NCBI GenBank assembly: GCA_945883775.1
Contig: CAMCYG010000003.1
Span: forward strand, 6,054 to 70,053
Direction: 5' to 3'
Length of the DNA stretch: 64,000 bases
Source: Victivallis vadensis
GTDB taxonomy: Bacteria; Verrucomicrobiota; Kiritimatiellia; UBA8416; CAMCYG01
Numbering within the stretch: position 1 is the stretch's first letter; each line of letters begins with the position of its first letter. The translations under genes were made by a program, and so were the position numbers. The notes under the pieces were generated by a model, which saw only the letters and a list, made by a program, of their open reading frames with translations, did no database searches and had not been told where the DNA came from. Of the stretch, positions 24,401 to 34,533 are shown in pieces.

Positions 24401-25244
24401 AAACGCCATTATCCCATGACACGTCCACAACTTCGATACTCTTTATGTCAGCGTCCTTAAGCTGCTGCAACTTGGCTATTGTAATAGGCTCAAATTTCTT
24501 GGCAAGCAGTGACTTTGAATCTGCATCAACTATATCGGTCTTAAATACCCTGTAAGCTATATCCTCTTCACTGTATGCTTTTCCCAGGCTTATCTTATCA
24601 AACTTATAATAAAGCCCGAGCAACTCTTCGTCAGTACCGTAGCCTAACGCCCTTAAAAAGGTCGAGGCGAGAAACTTCCGGCGTCTGCGCTTCCGATCCA
24701 TGTAAATCCAGATCCTGTCCGATGTGTCGAATTGAATCTCGATCCATGAGCCGCGGTCTGGTATTATCCTTATCGAATACAGCGTCGAACCATTTGCGTG
24801 CAGCGTTTGCTCCGCGCATATGCCAGGTGAGCGATGAAGCTGGCTTACGACCACTCTCTCTGCACCATTGACAACGAACGAACCATGATCGGTCATTATG
24901 GGGATCTCTCCCATATAGACACTCTCCTCATGTACATCGTCGCCGTCTTTTAACCTGAACGAAACCCGCAGGGGGGCTGAATATGTCTGACCTTCGAACA
25001 AGCTTTTCACCGCGCCAAGCTTAGGCTCAGCAAGCTCATATTTGACAAAATCAATAACGTACCGTCCATCATAGCTCACTATGGGGAAGACTTCCTTGAA
25101 GACTGCCTGAAGCCCCATGTTCTTTCTCTTTAAAGGATTTACATCCTTCTGGAGAAAGCTGGCGTATGACTTTGTCTGAATCTCTATCAAATCAGGCGGT
25201 TCTATAACTGCCTGCAACTTACCATAATTTGTTCTATCGGCCAT
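21471..25244 (-). CDS. rpoB: RNA polymerase beta subunit
   Basis: 1257 aa; conserved beta-subunit blocks throughout, e.g. GRHGNKGVV. Confidence 0.98.
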   Translation of the reverse strand: MADRTNYGKLQAVIEPPDLIEIQTKSYASFLQKDVNPLKRKNMGLQAVFKEVFPIVSYDGRYVIDFVKYELAEPKLGAVKSLFEGQTYSAPLRVSFRLKDGDDVHEESVYMGEIPIMTDHGSFVVNGAERVVVSQLHRSPGICAEQTLHANGSTLYSIRIIPDRGSWIEIQFDTSDRIWIYMDRKRRRRKFLASTFLRALGYGTDEELLGLYYKFDKISLGKAYSEEDIAYRVFKTDIVDADSKSLLAKKFEPITIAKLQQLKDADIKSIEVVDVSWDNGVFMESVSDDKSQTMEDALKDIYHKLRPGDPATPSNARQLIKRLFFDAKRYDLGKVGRYKINQKLGLEDQVDKDLRVLDKLDVIAAVKHLIKIKLGKESVDDIDHLGNRRIRTIGELIENQCRVGLARTERLIRERMTLYDPAHGKLSPQKMVNSKSLSAVVQDFFGRSQLSQFMDQTNPLSELAHKRRLSALGPGGLSRERAGFEVRDVHSSHYGRICPIETPEGPNIGLISSLSIFAKVNDFGFIESPYRKVTSGKVLDDVLYLTADQEERYIIAQANAPLDDKNRFAKDMVSVRQKGEFLEVPKDKVELMDVSPMQVVSIAAGLIPFLEHDDANRALMGANMMRQAVPLLKTQRPYVATGLEDLVARDSRVKIVASKAGKVAYVSAYKVIVTDDGKLPQRGQSKDSVVEYELQKFRRTNAGTCFNQKPTVAIGQSIKKGDTIADGPATCEGELSLGKNLLVAFMPWCGYNFEDAILISERVLRDDIFTSIHVQEFEIGARDTKLGPEEITRDIPNVGEEALKDLGTDGVVRRGAEVMPGDILVGKITPKSETELAPEERLLRAIFGEKAAEVRDTSLTVPSGTYGIVMDINVQSHVKEIKRTSMSNSEKKKQVKNINEEYKQKRQQLLEELTEALSNILLGEKIPLDVSDTEAGEVIIPANRKITKTLLRKLAAAHAHIQIESSPIQIKIDEIIGDYRPKFAELDDDHQKAIDRFESGDEVDAGIIKQVKVYVAAKKKLAVGDKLAGRHGNKGVVARIVPDCEMPFLPDGTPCDIVLNPLGVPSRMNVGQVLETHLGAACKALGMHATTPVFDGISEKSIRELLEKAKMPVDGKTVLYDGRTGEPFDQRVVVGQIYMMKLHHLVTDKIHARAVGPYSLVTQQPLGGKAQYGGQRLGEMEVWALEAYGVSFMLQEFLTVKSDDVPGRTRIYESIVKGENTLDAGTPESFSVLVNELRGLCLHVNMKANEQAVTSSI

Positions 25245-25305
25245 TCAGCACCTCTAAATGAGAATGGTTACTGTAGCATTCCACGAAAATCAAAGTAATG
25301 ATTAA

Positions 25306-25710
25306 TTACTTGATCTCCACTTTGGCTCCGGCGGCTTCAAGCTTCGCCTTTATCTCGGCGGCCTGTTCCTTCGTAGCACCTTCCTTCACGGTCTTGGGAG
25401 CTCCCTCGGCCATGTTTTTGGAATCCTGCAGACCAAGTCCGGTTATCGCACGTATCTCCTTGATCACGCCGATCTTATTCGCACCGGCATTGGCAAGAAT
25501 GACAGTGAATTCCGTCTTCTCTTCCGCCGGTGCTGCCGCTGCTGCTCCGCCGCCTGCCGCCGCTACGGCTACAGGTGCTGCTGCGCTGACACCGAACTTG
25601 TCTTCCAATACTTTAACCAACTTTGATAATTCAAGAACGCTGATACCTTCAAGCCACTCAACGAACTCAACCATCTTTCCTTCTGCCACAGGTTTTGTTG
25701 TATTTTCCAC
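25306..25710 (-). CDS. rplL: 50S ribosomal protein L7/L12
   Basis: Ala-rich hinge followed by the C-terminal domain ...[16 protein letters not shown]... Confidence 0.96.
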   Translation of the reverse strand: MENTTKPVAEGKMVEFVEWLEGISVLELSKLVKVLEDKFGVSAAAPVAVAAAGGGAAAAAPAEEKTEFTVILANAGANKIGVIKEIRAITGLGLQDSKNMAEGAPKTVKEGATKEQAAEIKAKLEAAGAKVEIK

Positions 25711-25768
25711 TTTCCTACTCCTCTACTTGTTGTTTTTCCTGATACCTGTCAAATCCAGTTCACAGCAA

Positions 25769-26293
25769 TTATTGCTGTTTTCCGGCCTTCTGTTCCTCTA
25801 TTGCCTTCAAAACGTATAACACACTTGAAATTTTCCCGCTCATCACGCGGACCAAACTGGTCATAGGCGCCGCAAGGGTGCCGACAAGCTGACCAAGCAG
25901 CACATGCTTAGAAGGAATGCTTGCCAGCTGTACTATCTCCGACGGCGTGAGACTGTCTTTACCGAATCTTCCGCCCTTAATCTTCTGCGCACTATTATTC
26001 TCTTTAATGAATTCGCTCAGCGCTTTTGCCACAAGAGTTACATCGCCCTTGCCGAAAATCATCGCAGTAGCGCCTACAGTAAAATTGTCGACGTTCCAGC
26101 CAGAACCTTCTACTGCTTTGCGCAGGAAGGAGTTCTTTACAACGCTGACTCTTGTCTTGTTGCCGCGCATCCTGCCGCGCAGATCAGCCAGCTTTTCCAC
26201 CGTGGCGCCCTTGAAGTCCAAAAGCATCACGTAGTCGCTGCCCTCAAGACTGTCCTTTACTTCTTTCAGTATGGAGATTTTTTCTGGTCTCAT
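25769..26293 (-). CDS. rplJ: 50S ribosomal protein L10
   Basis: Start moved to the ATG at 26293 (MRPEKISILKEV...). The longest ORF would overlap rplA. Confidence 0.93.
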   Translation of the reverse strand: MRPEKISILKEVKDSLEGSDYVMLLDFKGATVEKLADLRGRMRGNKTRVSVVKNSFLRKAVEGSGWNVDNFTVGATAMIFGKGDVTLVAKALSEFIKENNSAQKIKGGRFGKDSLTPSEIVQLASIPSKHVLLGQLVGTLAAPMTSLVRVMSGKISSVLYVLKAIEEQKAGKQQ

Positions 26294-26304
26294 TTGAATC
26301 CTAC

Positions 26305-26988
26305 CTATTCGCTTACCTTGACTTTGACACCCACGCCCATTGTGGACGAAACCGTGCAATTCTTCATGAATATACCTTTGGCGCCGGCAGGTTTTTCTGC
26401 CTTCACCGCGTTTATGATAACATTGGCATTCTCAGCAAGCTTCAGCGTGTCAAAGGACAACTTACCGAAAGCGACGTTTACGTTGCCGTGCTTGTCCATT
26501 CTGAACTCGACCTTACCGGCCTTGCTTTCCTTGACGGCCTGAGCTGTATTCTCAGTAACAGTACCCGTCTTGGGATTCGGCATAAGCCCCCTTGGTCCCA
26601 GCACTTTACCGAGCTTTCTGACTTCCTTCATCGCTTCATTGGTAGCAACGGCTACGTCAAAATCGCACCAGCCGCCCTTTACCTTCTCAATTAAATCCTC
26701 AAAGCCTACAACATCAGCTCCGGCCGCCGTTGCTGCATCAGCTGCAGCGCCAGTCGCAAACACTATGACCTTGACCTTACGGCCTGTGCCATGAGGAAGA
26801 GACACAGTACCGCGGACCATATTCTCCGACTTAGTCGGATCTATGCCAAGCCTTATACCGATTTCCATGGTCTCATCAAATTTCGCGTAATGGTTCTGCT
26901 TAAGGAAGTCAATCGCCTTATCAAGCTCCAGAGCTTCCGCTGGTGCCTTCTCCCTTATGCTTTTATATTTCTTTCCGTGCGTCGCCAT
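26305..26988 (-). CDS. rplA: 50S ribosomal protein L1
   Basis: MATHGKKYKSIREKAP... Confidence 0.96.
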   Translation of the reverse strand: MATHGKKYKSIREKAPAEALELDKAIDFLKQNHYAKFDETMEIGIRLGIDPTKSENMVRGTVSLPHGTGRKVKVIVFATGAAADAATAAGADVVGFEDLIEKVKGGWCDFDVAVATNEAMKEVRKLGKVLGPRGLMPNPKTGTVTENTAQAVKESKAGKVEFRMDKHGNVNVAFGKLSFDTLKLAENANVIINAVKAEKPAGAKGIFMKNCTVSSTMGVGVKVKVSE

Positions 26989-27004
26989 AAATTAATGCCG
27001 CCTT

Positions 27005-27430
27005 TCAATCTACTACTTCAACACCCATGCTCCTGGCCGTACCCTCGATAATCCGTGAGGCTCTTGCAGGATCCGTGGCGTTCATATCCTTCGCTTTGAG
27101 TTTAACAATCTCCAGGATCTGCGCCCTGGTAACCTTGCCGACCTTATCCCTGTTAGGAATCGCCGATCCCTTTGCCAAGCCTGCCGCTCTTTTCAGCAGC
27201 GAAGATGCTGGCGGACTCTTGGTGATAAATGTAAAACTTCTGTCTGCGAAGACCGTGATGATGACCGGTATTACCAAACCGGCATTATCCTTGGTTGCAG
27301 CATTAAACTGCTTACAGAATTCCATGATGTTCACACCCTGCTGACCGAGAGCAGGACCCACTGGCGGCGCGGGATTGGCCTGTCCAGCCGGTATCTGAAG
27401 CTTAACTTTTCCTATAACTTTCTTTGCCAT
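27005..27430 (-). CDS. rplK: 50S ribosomal protein L11
   Basis: ...[29 protein letters not shown]... Confidence 0.97.
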   Translation of the reverse strand: MAKKVIGKVKLQIPAGQANPAPPVGPALGQQGVNIMEFCKQFNAATKDNAGLVIPVIITVFADRSFTFITKSPPASSLLKRAAGLAKGSAIPNRDKVGKVTRAQILEIVKLKAKDMNATDPARASRIIEGTARSMGVEVVD

Positions 27431-27431
27431 T

Positions 27432-27980
27432 TTACGCCCTTTCTACCTGCCAGAATTCAAGTTCAACCGGAGCCGAACGTCCAAATATCGCTACTGCGAC
27501 CTTCAGCTTGCCTCTATCCGGGTCTATTTCCTCGACAACTCCACTGAAGTTCAGGAAAGGCCCATCGACTATCTTTATCGTTTCTCCAGGCTCGAATGTG
27601 ATTTTTGGCTTTACTTTCTCTTTCTTCTCTTCGACCTGGTTCAATATTACATCAACCTCACCCTGCCTCAGAGGAACAGGTTTCTCTCCGCCGATAAAAC
27701 CAATGATTCCAGGAGTCTCCCGAATGAAGTACCATGCTTTGTCCCGCAACTGCTTATTTTCATCATAAAGCGCTACGTTCACAAGCACATATCCCGGGAA
27801 AAACTTCCGGGTACTCGTGGATTTAACACCCTTCTTCACCTCAGAGACCTTCTCAGTAGGAATGACGACTTCGTCGATGAACTCAGTCATCTCTTCCTGC
27901 TTCAAGCGGCGCATAATGCTCTCGCGAACATTATTCTCCTGCCCCGTTAGGGTATGAATAACAAACCACTGTTTATCCAT
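27432..27980 (-). CDS. nusG: Transcription antitermination factor NusG
   Basis: [14 protein letters not shown]... (NGN domain) plus a C-terminal KOW domain. Confidence 0.95.
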   Translation of the reverse strand: MDKQWFVIHTLTGQENNVRESIMRRLKQEEMTEFIDEVVIPTEKVSEVKKGVKSTSTRKFFPGYVLVNVALYDENKQLRDKAWYFIRETPGIIGFIGGEKPVPLRQGEVDVILNQVEEKKEKVKPKITFEPGETIKIVDGPFLNFSGVVEEIDPDRGKLKVAVAIFGRSAPVELEFWQVERA

Positions 27981-27991
27981 TGACTACCACC

Positions 27992-28195
27992 TTATGGAAT
28001 TATCAGATCAAGCAATTCAATCAAGATCTTATCACAGACACCTATAAAAACTCCCAGCATTACCACAGAGACGATCACTACCATCGTGGACTCGATAAGC
28101 TCCTGCCGTGACGGCCAAGCTGTTTTCTTAAGCTCTGCCCCGACCTCATCTATAAAGGTCCTTATCGAATTCAAGATCTTGCTAATCTTCTCCAT
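27992..28195 (-). CDS. secE: Preprotein translocase subunit SecE
   Basis: ATG at 28195; the track start is a TTG. Single C-terminal TM helix, canonical position before nusG. Confidence 0.9.
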   Translation of the reverse strand: MEKISKILNSIRTFIDEVGAELKKTAWPSRQELIESTMVVIVSVVMLGVFIGVCDKILIELLDLIIP

Positions 28196-28248
28196 AAACA
28201 AACCTTAAATCATTATCCTGCCGCGGATTAACCGGCAAAACAGCCTGC

Positions 28249-28324
28249 TGGCAGGCCAGGAGGGACTTGAACCCCCAACAGCCGGTTTTGGAGACCGGTA
28301 CTCTGCCAATTGAGTTACTGGCCT
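28249..28324 (-). tRNA. trnW: tRNA-Trp (anticodon CCA), CCA end encoded
   Basis: Hand-folded 76-nt cloverleaf: acceptor AGGCCAG/CTGGCCT, anticodon arm CCGGT-CTCCAAA-ACCGG, T-loop TTCAAGT. Confidence 0.9.
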
Positions 28325-28335
28325 ACAACAAACTG

Positions 28336-28488
28336 CTACTTGCTCTCCTTGTGAAGCGTGCGTTTCTTATCATGCGTGCAGAACTTCAGGAGCTCTAGCT
28401 TGACTGTAGTCTGCTTCTTATTACGCGTCGTCATGTAATTGCGACGCTTGCATACGCTGCAGGCTAAGGTAACTTGCTCTCTGGGCAT
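28336..28488 (-). CDS. rpmG: 50S ribosomal protein L33
   Basis: Hand-found 50 aa: MPREQVTLACSVCKRRNYMTTRNKKQTTVKLELLKFCTHDKKRTLHKESK. Too short for the ORF track. Confidence 0.88.
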   Translation of the reverse strand: MPREQVTLACSVCKRRNYMTTRNKKQTTVKLELLKFCTHDKKRTLHKESK

Positions 28489-28511
28489 TGTTGATTGCCT
28501 CGTGTTAAAAT

Positions 28512-28541
28512 ATGCGGCTTGTTCCGGAGAACAAGCCGCAT
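28512..28541 (-). terminator. Intrinsic terminator/attenuator-like hairpin downstream of tuf
   Basis: Perfect 13-bp stem ATGCGGCTTGTTC / GAACAAGCCGCAT with loop CGGA, 15 nt after the tuf stop. Followed in the mRNA sense by ATTTTAA. Confidence 0.55.
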
Positions 28542-28555
28542 TATATTATTTTCAA

Positions 28556-29764
<1,209 letters not shown>

Positions 29765-29831
29765 GACCGTATCCTCCGATATTTACTTCTACTTCTAAGT
29801 TTTACCCACGTTATTACAACTGTTCATGCTC

Positions 29832-29907
29832 TGGAGCCCACAAGCGGGATCGAACCGCTGACCTCGTCCTTACCAAGGACGTGCTCTACCAACTGAGCTA
29901 TATGGGC
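29832..29907 (-). tRNA. trnT: tRNA-Thr (anticodon GGU), CCA end encoded
   Basis: Hand-folded 76 nt: acceptor GCCCATA/TGTGGGC, anticodon arm CGTCC-TTGGTAA-GGACG, T arm AGCGG-TTCGATC-CCGCT. Confidence 0.9.
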
Positions 29908-30236
29908 CCGATTCGTTCCTACGCTCAAACACGGCAAGAAGAAAGGAGACAAATAAACTCCTTTCGACGTCAAAGTTAACATATAAAAAGCTCACTTTGT
30001 TGCCGATATTCACCTAGATATACTCAATACGGCTAGGCATCCATTAATACAAAACCTTGTGACATTATCATAAACCGTTCCAGTGTCAAAGGTTTTTTGA
30101 AAATATTTGCATATTTTATTAGGAGCGCCTCAGAGGGTATGATTTATGCCTGTTTATACAAGACCGACTATATCAGCCAGCCACTCAACTCTCATAATTG
30201 AGGATAATCATCCCACATGAGCACCAAAGCACCAAT

Positions 30237-30479
30237 TTAGCCCGATCTCAAGCAATTCAGCCTCTGTCCTCTGTATGTGCCCACCGCACTTGATTTGCAG
30301 ACGACCAGATATATCCGGACATTGTACCGCTCAACCCGCTCTGACAAAGCATTTATGAACCGCTGCCGGGCCGCATCATCAACAAACAGCCGACTCTCTT
30401 CCAGTCGCCCATCACCGATCATCCTGCACTCCACATGATAGATCGCTACAGGATACTCAACTCTTAAATGCCTTGCCAT
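30237..30479 (-). pseudogene. Truncated REP-associated tyrosine transposase (RAYT / IS200-like Y1) N-terminal fragment
   Basis: MARHLRVEYPVAIYHVECR...FVDDAARQRFINALSERVERYNVRIY matches the usual MARxxRIxxPGxxYHV...F.DD.DR..F..L...V.R N-terminus. The frame then diverges and stops before the HUH (NHxHLL) and catalytic Tyr regions. Confidence 0.6.
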
Positions 30480-30620
30480 ACCGCAATACACTGCAGCCAA
30501 ACGTCTACAGTCAAGCAACTATTGCTTGTTTCAAAGGCTGCTCCCTATAGACACTTCTTCGCCTTCGGCGGCTCCACCTTTTTCAACTCCTCCGCCTGCG
30601 CGCTCCCGACAAGTGGCAGA

Positions 30621-31079
30621 TCAGCCGGCACCGATATCGTCACCTTCCCTGATTGTAAGCGTCATGGGCTTCTCAGCATAAACATCCTTGCCAGCCTGAC
30701 ACGCATGTATACACGTTAGAGAGCGCCAGTGTTCCGGCGTCGCCGTAATCACCGCGTCAATATCCTTGCGCTCCAGCATTTTCCGGTAATCCTGGTACAC
30801 TTCCGCCTTGTACTTTGCAGCCCGCTCCCTCGCCCGAACAAGATTCACATCGGCAACAGCCACTATACGCGCCAACTTGGACCCGCCCGCAGAACTCAAC
30901 AACCCGCCCCCCTGCCGCCCCGGCCCAATCACCGCAATACCAATCCTGTCATTCGCGCCGGGCCTCCCGTCCGCGGCAAGAACTCCACTGGGAATAATAT
31001 ACGGTGCCGACACGGCTGCCGCACCAAATGCCAAACCACGACCTAGAAACTCTCTGCGGGATATTCCTGATGACTTCAT
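30621..31079 (-). pseudogene. Truncated Gfo/Idh/MocA oxidoreductase (TAT signal plus Rossmann N-terminus only)
   Basis: 152 aa: SRREFLGRG twin-arginine signal, IGIAVIGPGRQG and VYAEKP motifs, then a premature stop. Intact family members in this window are 386 aa and more than 270 aa. Confidence 0.65.
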
Positions 31080-31269
31080 GATGTACTCCTTTGCTGGGTT
31101 GATTTACCTGCTGTCTCAGACACGGCAGCTCATGCATGTAACATGCAGGTGAATCTATCCAAAACAGCCAGGACGACAACCTCACCGCGCGCAAATATTC
31201 CCTCATTTTGTGCAATTATTATCTCCACATTTGTCCAGCATGCGCTACCATTCAGCCGGGTACACAAAT

Positions 31270-31449
31270 ATGCAGAGAACGCCTAGAATCATCCTGTTTA
31301 TGGACACGTCCCGGGGCTACGAACAAGGCCTGACACGTGGAATCCTGAAACACTTACGGCTTCACGGCCCATGGAATTTCTTCAGAACCATGCCGGTCGT
31401 CTCAGGCGGCCGCATACTCAAACTACGCTTTAGCGGAGTTACTCATTAA
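31270..31449 (+). pseudogene. N-terminal fragment of a XylR-like (sugar-binding-fold/AraC-type) regulator
   Basis: MQRTPRIILFMDTSRGYEQGLTRGILKHLRLHGPWNFF resembles the N-terminus of XylR-type regulators. The frame ends after ~59 aa. Divergent from the truncated oxidoreductase. Confidence 0.5.
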
Positions 31450-31617
31450 AGGTTTTAAGTCAAGAGACAAAAGTACCACGTCTCGACATTAGACATTGTC
31501 CTTTCGGTCTTATCAATTACAGATCTTAATCTGCTATCGGAGAGCACGCGCTTCTCTATCCTTGTCAGAGCCTTGCTGACAGCAGACATACCATTGGTAT
31601 TAACAAAGGAGGTTTGT

Positions 31618-33036
31618 TCACAGCCGATAGGCCGTCTTAGGAAGTTCGCGGGTCAGCGCCCTGATCGCCTTGAAGGCGTCGTTTTTATCCATTATATGTC
31701 TTGCCGCAAGTCCGGCGAGGCAATTGGCGTCTATACGCCGGGCAAGGTCATGCCGCGAAGGGATAGAGGTAAATGAACGAGTGTCATCGTTAAAACCTAC
31801 GGTGTTATAAACGCCGGCTGTCTCCAACACCATCTGCTTGAACCGGGTCATTCCGTTAATACTGTCATGAAACCACCAGGACGGACCAAGCCGCAAAGCA
31901 GGGTAATGCCCAGCCAGAGGAGCCAGCTCCCTCGAGTATGTAGACTCATCCATGGTAAATATTATTATCCTGAGATTGATGTCATTCCCGCATTCATTAA
32001 GCAATGCTTTAAGGTTGGTGGTAAATTCCGTAGAAACTGGAATATCGCAACCCTTGTCCGCCCCGAATCTCTTGCTGATACATTCGTTATGATTTCTGTA
32101 ACAGCCCGGATGGATCTGCATCACTAGACCGTCTTCGATGCTCATTCTGGCCATCTCAAGTAGCATATTGCCGTGGAAGAACAATGCAGTCTGCGCATCA
32201 ACAGGCGTCTTCAATGCCTTCTGGAATATCCGCTCTGATTCGTTGGGATTGAGTTTGCATGTAAAAGGCGTAAACATCGCGTGATCCGTTGCCACTGCGC
32301 CCATTTTCTTGAAATATTGACGGCGCTCCCGCAACGCATCCAGAAACATGGCATATGTAGTGACATCCTTGCCGGTAATCACCCCAAGCGCCTCGAGATT
32401 ATCGCGCCAGCCCTGACTGTCAATCTGGATCAAGCTGTCCGGCCTGAATGTCGGAATGACCCTGCCAGCCCAACCAGACTCCGCTATTTTTTTATGATGC
32501 TCCAAACTGTCCAACGCGCCATCAGTTGTCGCCATTACCTCTATCTTGAAATTCTCGTATAGCTTTCTCGGCCTGAATTCCGGCGATTTCATCTTCTCGC
32601 ACAGCTGATCGTATATCCGCATTGCAGAATCACCGCTTAACCGCTCATCAACTCCAAATACCTTGGCCAGCTCGTAATTCATCCACGACTCCGACGGCGT
32701 TCCGGCAAACAGATACCAATTATCAGCAAACAGCTGCCAAATCTTTCTGTTATCCTTCTCAACAGGAGTCCCGTCAACTGTCGGAATACCTATACTCTCA
32801 AGCGGAATTCCCTGAGAGTAAAGCATCCTGAAGACATAATGATTAGGCTTGAGCAAAAGCTCTACCGGGTCAGGGAACGCCCTGTCCTCGGCCAAGATAG
32901 ATGGATCAACATGCCCATGCGGACTGATTATGGGAAGGTCCCGTACACTCTCGTACAACTCACATGCTATCTTCCGAGTTGTAGGATCCGGATCAAAACA
33001 TCTGCTCTCGTCCAATATCAGCGGTATCTTTATCAT
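31618..33036 (-). CDS. uxaC: Uronate (glucuronate) isomerase
   Basis: 472 aa; N-terminal ...LPIISPHGHVDP... (HxH of the amidohydrolase fold) and overall UxaC-like sequence. Confidence 0.85.
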   Translation of the reverse strand: MIKIPLILDESRCFDPDPTTRKIACELYESVRDLPIISPHGHVDPSILAEDRAFPDPVELLLKPNHYVFRMLYSQGIPLESIGIPTVDGTPVEKDNRKIWQLFADNWYLFAGTPSESWMNYELAKVFGVDERLSGDSAMRIYDQLCEKMKSPEFRPRKLYENFKIEVMATTDGALDSLEHHKKIAESGWAGRVIPTFRPDSLIQIDSQGWRDNLEALGVITGKDVTTYAMFLDALRERRQYFKKMGAVATDHAMFTPFTCKLNPNESERIFQKALKTPVDAQTALFFHGNMLLEMARMSIEDGLVMQIHPGCYRNHNECISKRFGADKGCDIPVSTEFTTNLKALLNECGNDINLRIIIFTMDESTYSRELAPLAGHYPALRLGPSWWFHDSINGMTRFKQMVLETAGVYNTVGFNDDTRSFTSIPSRHDLARRIDANCLAGLAARHIMDKNDAFKAIRALTRELPKTAYRL

Positions 33037-33053
33037 GTGGTTCCTTTCGTGAT

Positions 33054-34412
33054 TCAGCTCTTCTTATCTATATCAAATGGCACAAACTTCGGTGCGAGCA
33101 TATGGTGTACCGCAAAAGCCACAATATACGCCATGGCGCAAAAGCCAAACAGTATGGCATAACCATCATTGATCCGGCCAACTTTATCATATTTATCAAG
33201 AAGCATACCAGACCATATAGGGAACATCATACCGCCCAGCGATCCGGCCATTCCGCCAAGACCGACAACCGACGCAATAGCCTTTTTAGGGAACATATCC
33301 GAAACCGTTGTGAATAAGTTTGCCGACCAGGCCTGATGAGCCGCACCAGCAAGCCCTATCAACATGACAGCAACCCAGTCACCACTTGATCTGACCAGCA
33401 ATATCGGCAGAACCATGAGCGCGAATATGCACATTCCCACTTTCCTCGCCTTGGTCACACTCCAGCCGCTCTTCACCAGATGCCCTGTTATCCAGCCGCC
33501 AAATATACTGAGCACTGTCACTATGGCATATATGGTCACGAGATGCAGCCAGCTGTTCTTGATGTCAAGCCCGCGCGTTTTCTTGAAGAAATCCGGCAAC
33601 CATATGAGAAAGAACCACCACACAGGGTCCGTTAAGAATTTTCCAATTACAAACGACCACGTCTGCTTAAAGCCCAACAGCTTCAACCACGGGGTCTTCT
33701 CTGTACTTACATCTTCTCTATCGCTGAGTATGTGAGCCAGCTCTTCTTTCGATACTTTAGGATGGCCCTCAGGAGACTTATACATAGGAAGCCAGAAGAA
33801 TAACCAGACGAACCCTACAGCGCCTGCGATTATGAAAGTTGACTGCCAGCCAAATGAATACGCAAGCAGAGGTACCAGCGCCGGGGCCGCGATTGCTCCC
33901 ACATTACAGCCGCTATTGAAGAGACTGGTAGCAAATGCGCGCTCCCGCTTGGGAAACCATTGAGCCACAGCCTTGATTGCCGAAGGAAAGTTGCCTGCCT
34001 CTGCAGCACCCAGCAGTATACGGCACAAGCCGAACGCAGATACTGCAATCAAGGTATACTTGAACTCTTTCTGTCCGACAAAAAAAGACAGCCCCGCAGG
34101 GATGAGTACAATCAGCGCATGTGCCATGGCAGCCAGACTCCACCCGATCATCGAGATCGCATACCCGCGCCTTACGCCCCGCCTGTCGACGTACCAGCCG
34201 AACCACAGAAGACCCAGCCCATAAGCCGCCTGGAACAGAGAATTTATCAATCCGTATTGTGCGTTAGTCCAGCCTATCTGCACGTCGAGTATCGGCTTTA
34301 GCAGAGCCAGTATCTGACGATCTATATAGTTTACAGTGGTAGCAAAAAACAATAACGCGCAAATTACCCATCTGTAATTAGTCATCTTCCCAACAGAACT
34401 GCTACCAGCCAT
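33054..34412 (-). CDS. MFS transporter, ACS/hexuronate (ExuT-like) family
   Basis: 452 aa, 12-TM pattern; ...VNYIDRQILALLKPIL... typical of ExuT-type permeases. Adjacent to uxaC. Confidence 0.8.
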   Translation of the reverse strand: MAGSSSVGKMTNYRWVICALLFFATTVNYIDRQILALLKPILDVQIGWTNAQYGLINSLFQAAYGLGLLWFGWYVDRRGVRRGYAISMIGWSLAAMAHALIVLIPAGLSFFVGQKEFKYTLIAVSAFGLCRILLGAAEAGNFPSAIKAVAQWFPKRERAFATSLFNSGCNVGAIAAPALVPLLAYSFGWQSTFIIAGAVGFVWLFFWLPMYKSPEGHPKVSKEELAHILSDREDVSTEKTPWLKLLGFKQTWSFVIGKFLTDPVWWFFLIWLPDFFKKTRGLDIKNSWLHLVTIYAIVTVLSIFGGWITGHLVKSGWSVTKARKVGMCIFALMVLPILLVRSSGDWVAVMLIGLAGAAHQAWSANLFTTVSDMFPKKAIASVVGLGGMAGSLGGMMFPIWSGMLLDKYDKVGRINDGYAILFGFCAMAYIVAFAVHHMLAPKFVPFDIDKKS

Positions 34413-34491
34413 AATTGACCTCTTTCTATAATCAACCCACTTGTGCCCTAACCCAACTGCTCGACCAGAAGACAGCTCGACCTTCCTCTGC

Positions 34492-34533
34492 CTTACATCT
34501 TCACCTTGAACCTTTAACCTGTAACATTTAACT
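34492..34533. repeat. Degenerate heptanucleotide tandem array (6 units)
   Basis: CTTACAT CTTCACC TTGAACC TTTAACC TGTAACA TTTAACT, in phase, abutting the gnd stop. Confidence 0.6.

Noticed and set aside
30062-30089. Candidate sigma-70 promoter for the tRNA-Thr/tuf array (minus strand TTGACA at 30089-30084, then TAATGT at 16 nt or GATAAT at 14 nt)
   Set aside because: The -35 is perfect but neither -10 option combines a good hexamer with good spacing. I cannot support it without TSS data.
31458-31592. 44-codon minus-strand ORF (MSAVSKALTRIEKRVLSDSRLRSVIDKTERTMSNVETWYFCLLT) downstream of the regulator fragment
   Set aside because: It has no RBS and no recognisable family, and it lies in the decay zone. 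It could be a remnant of a destroyed gene but this is not supportable as a feature.
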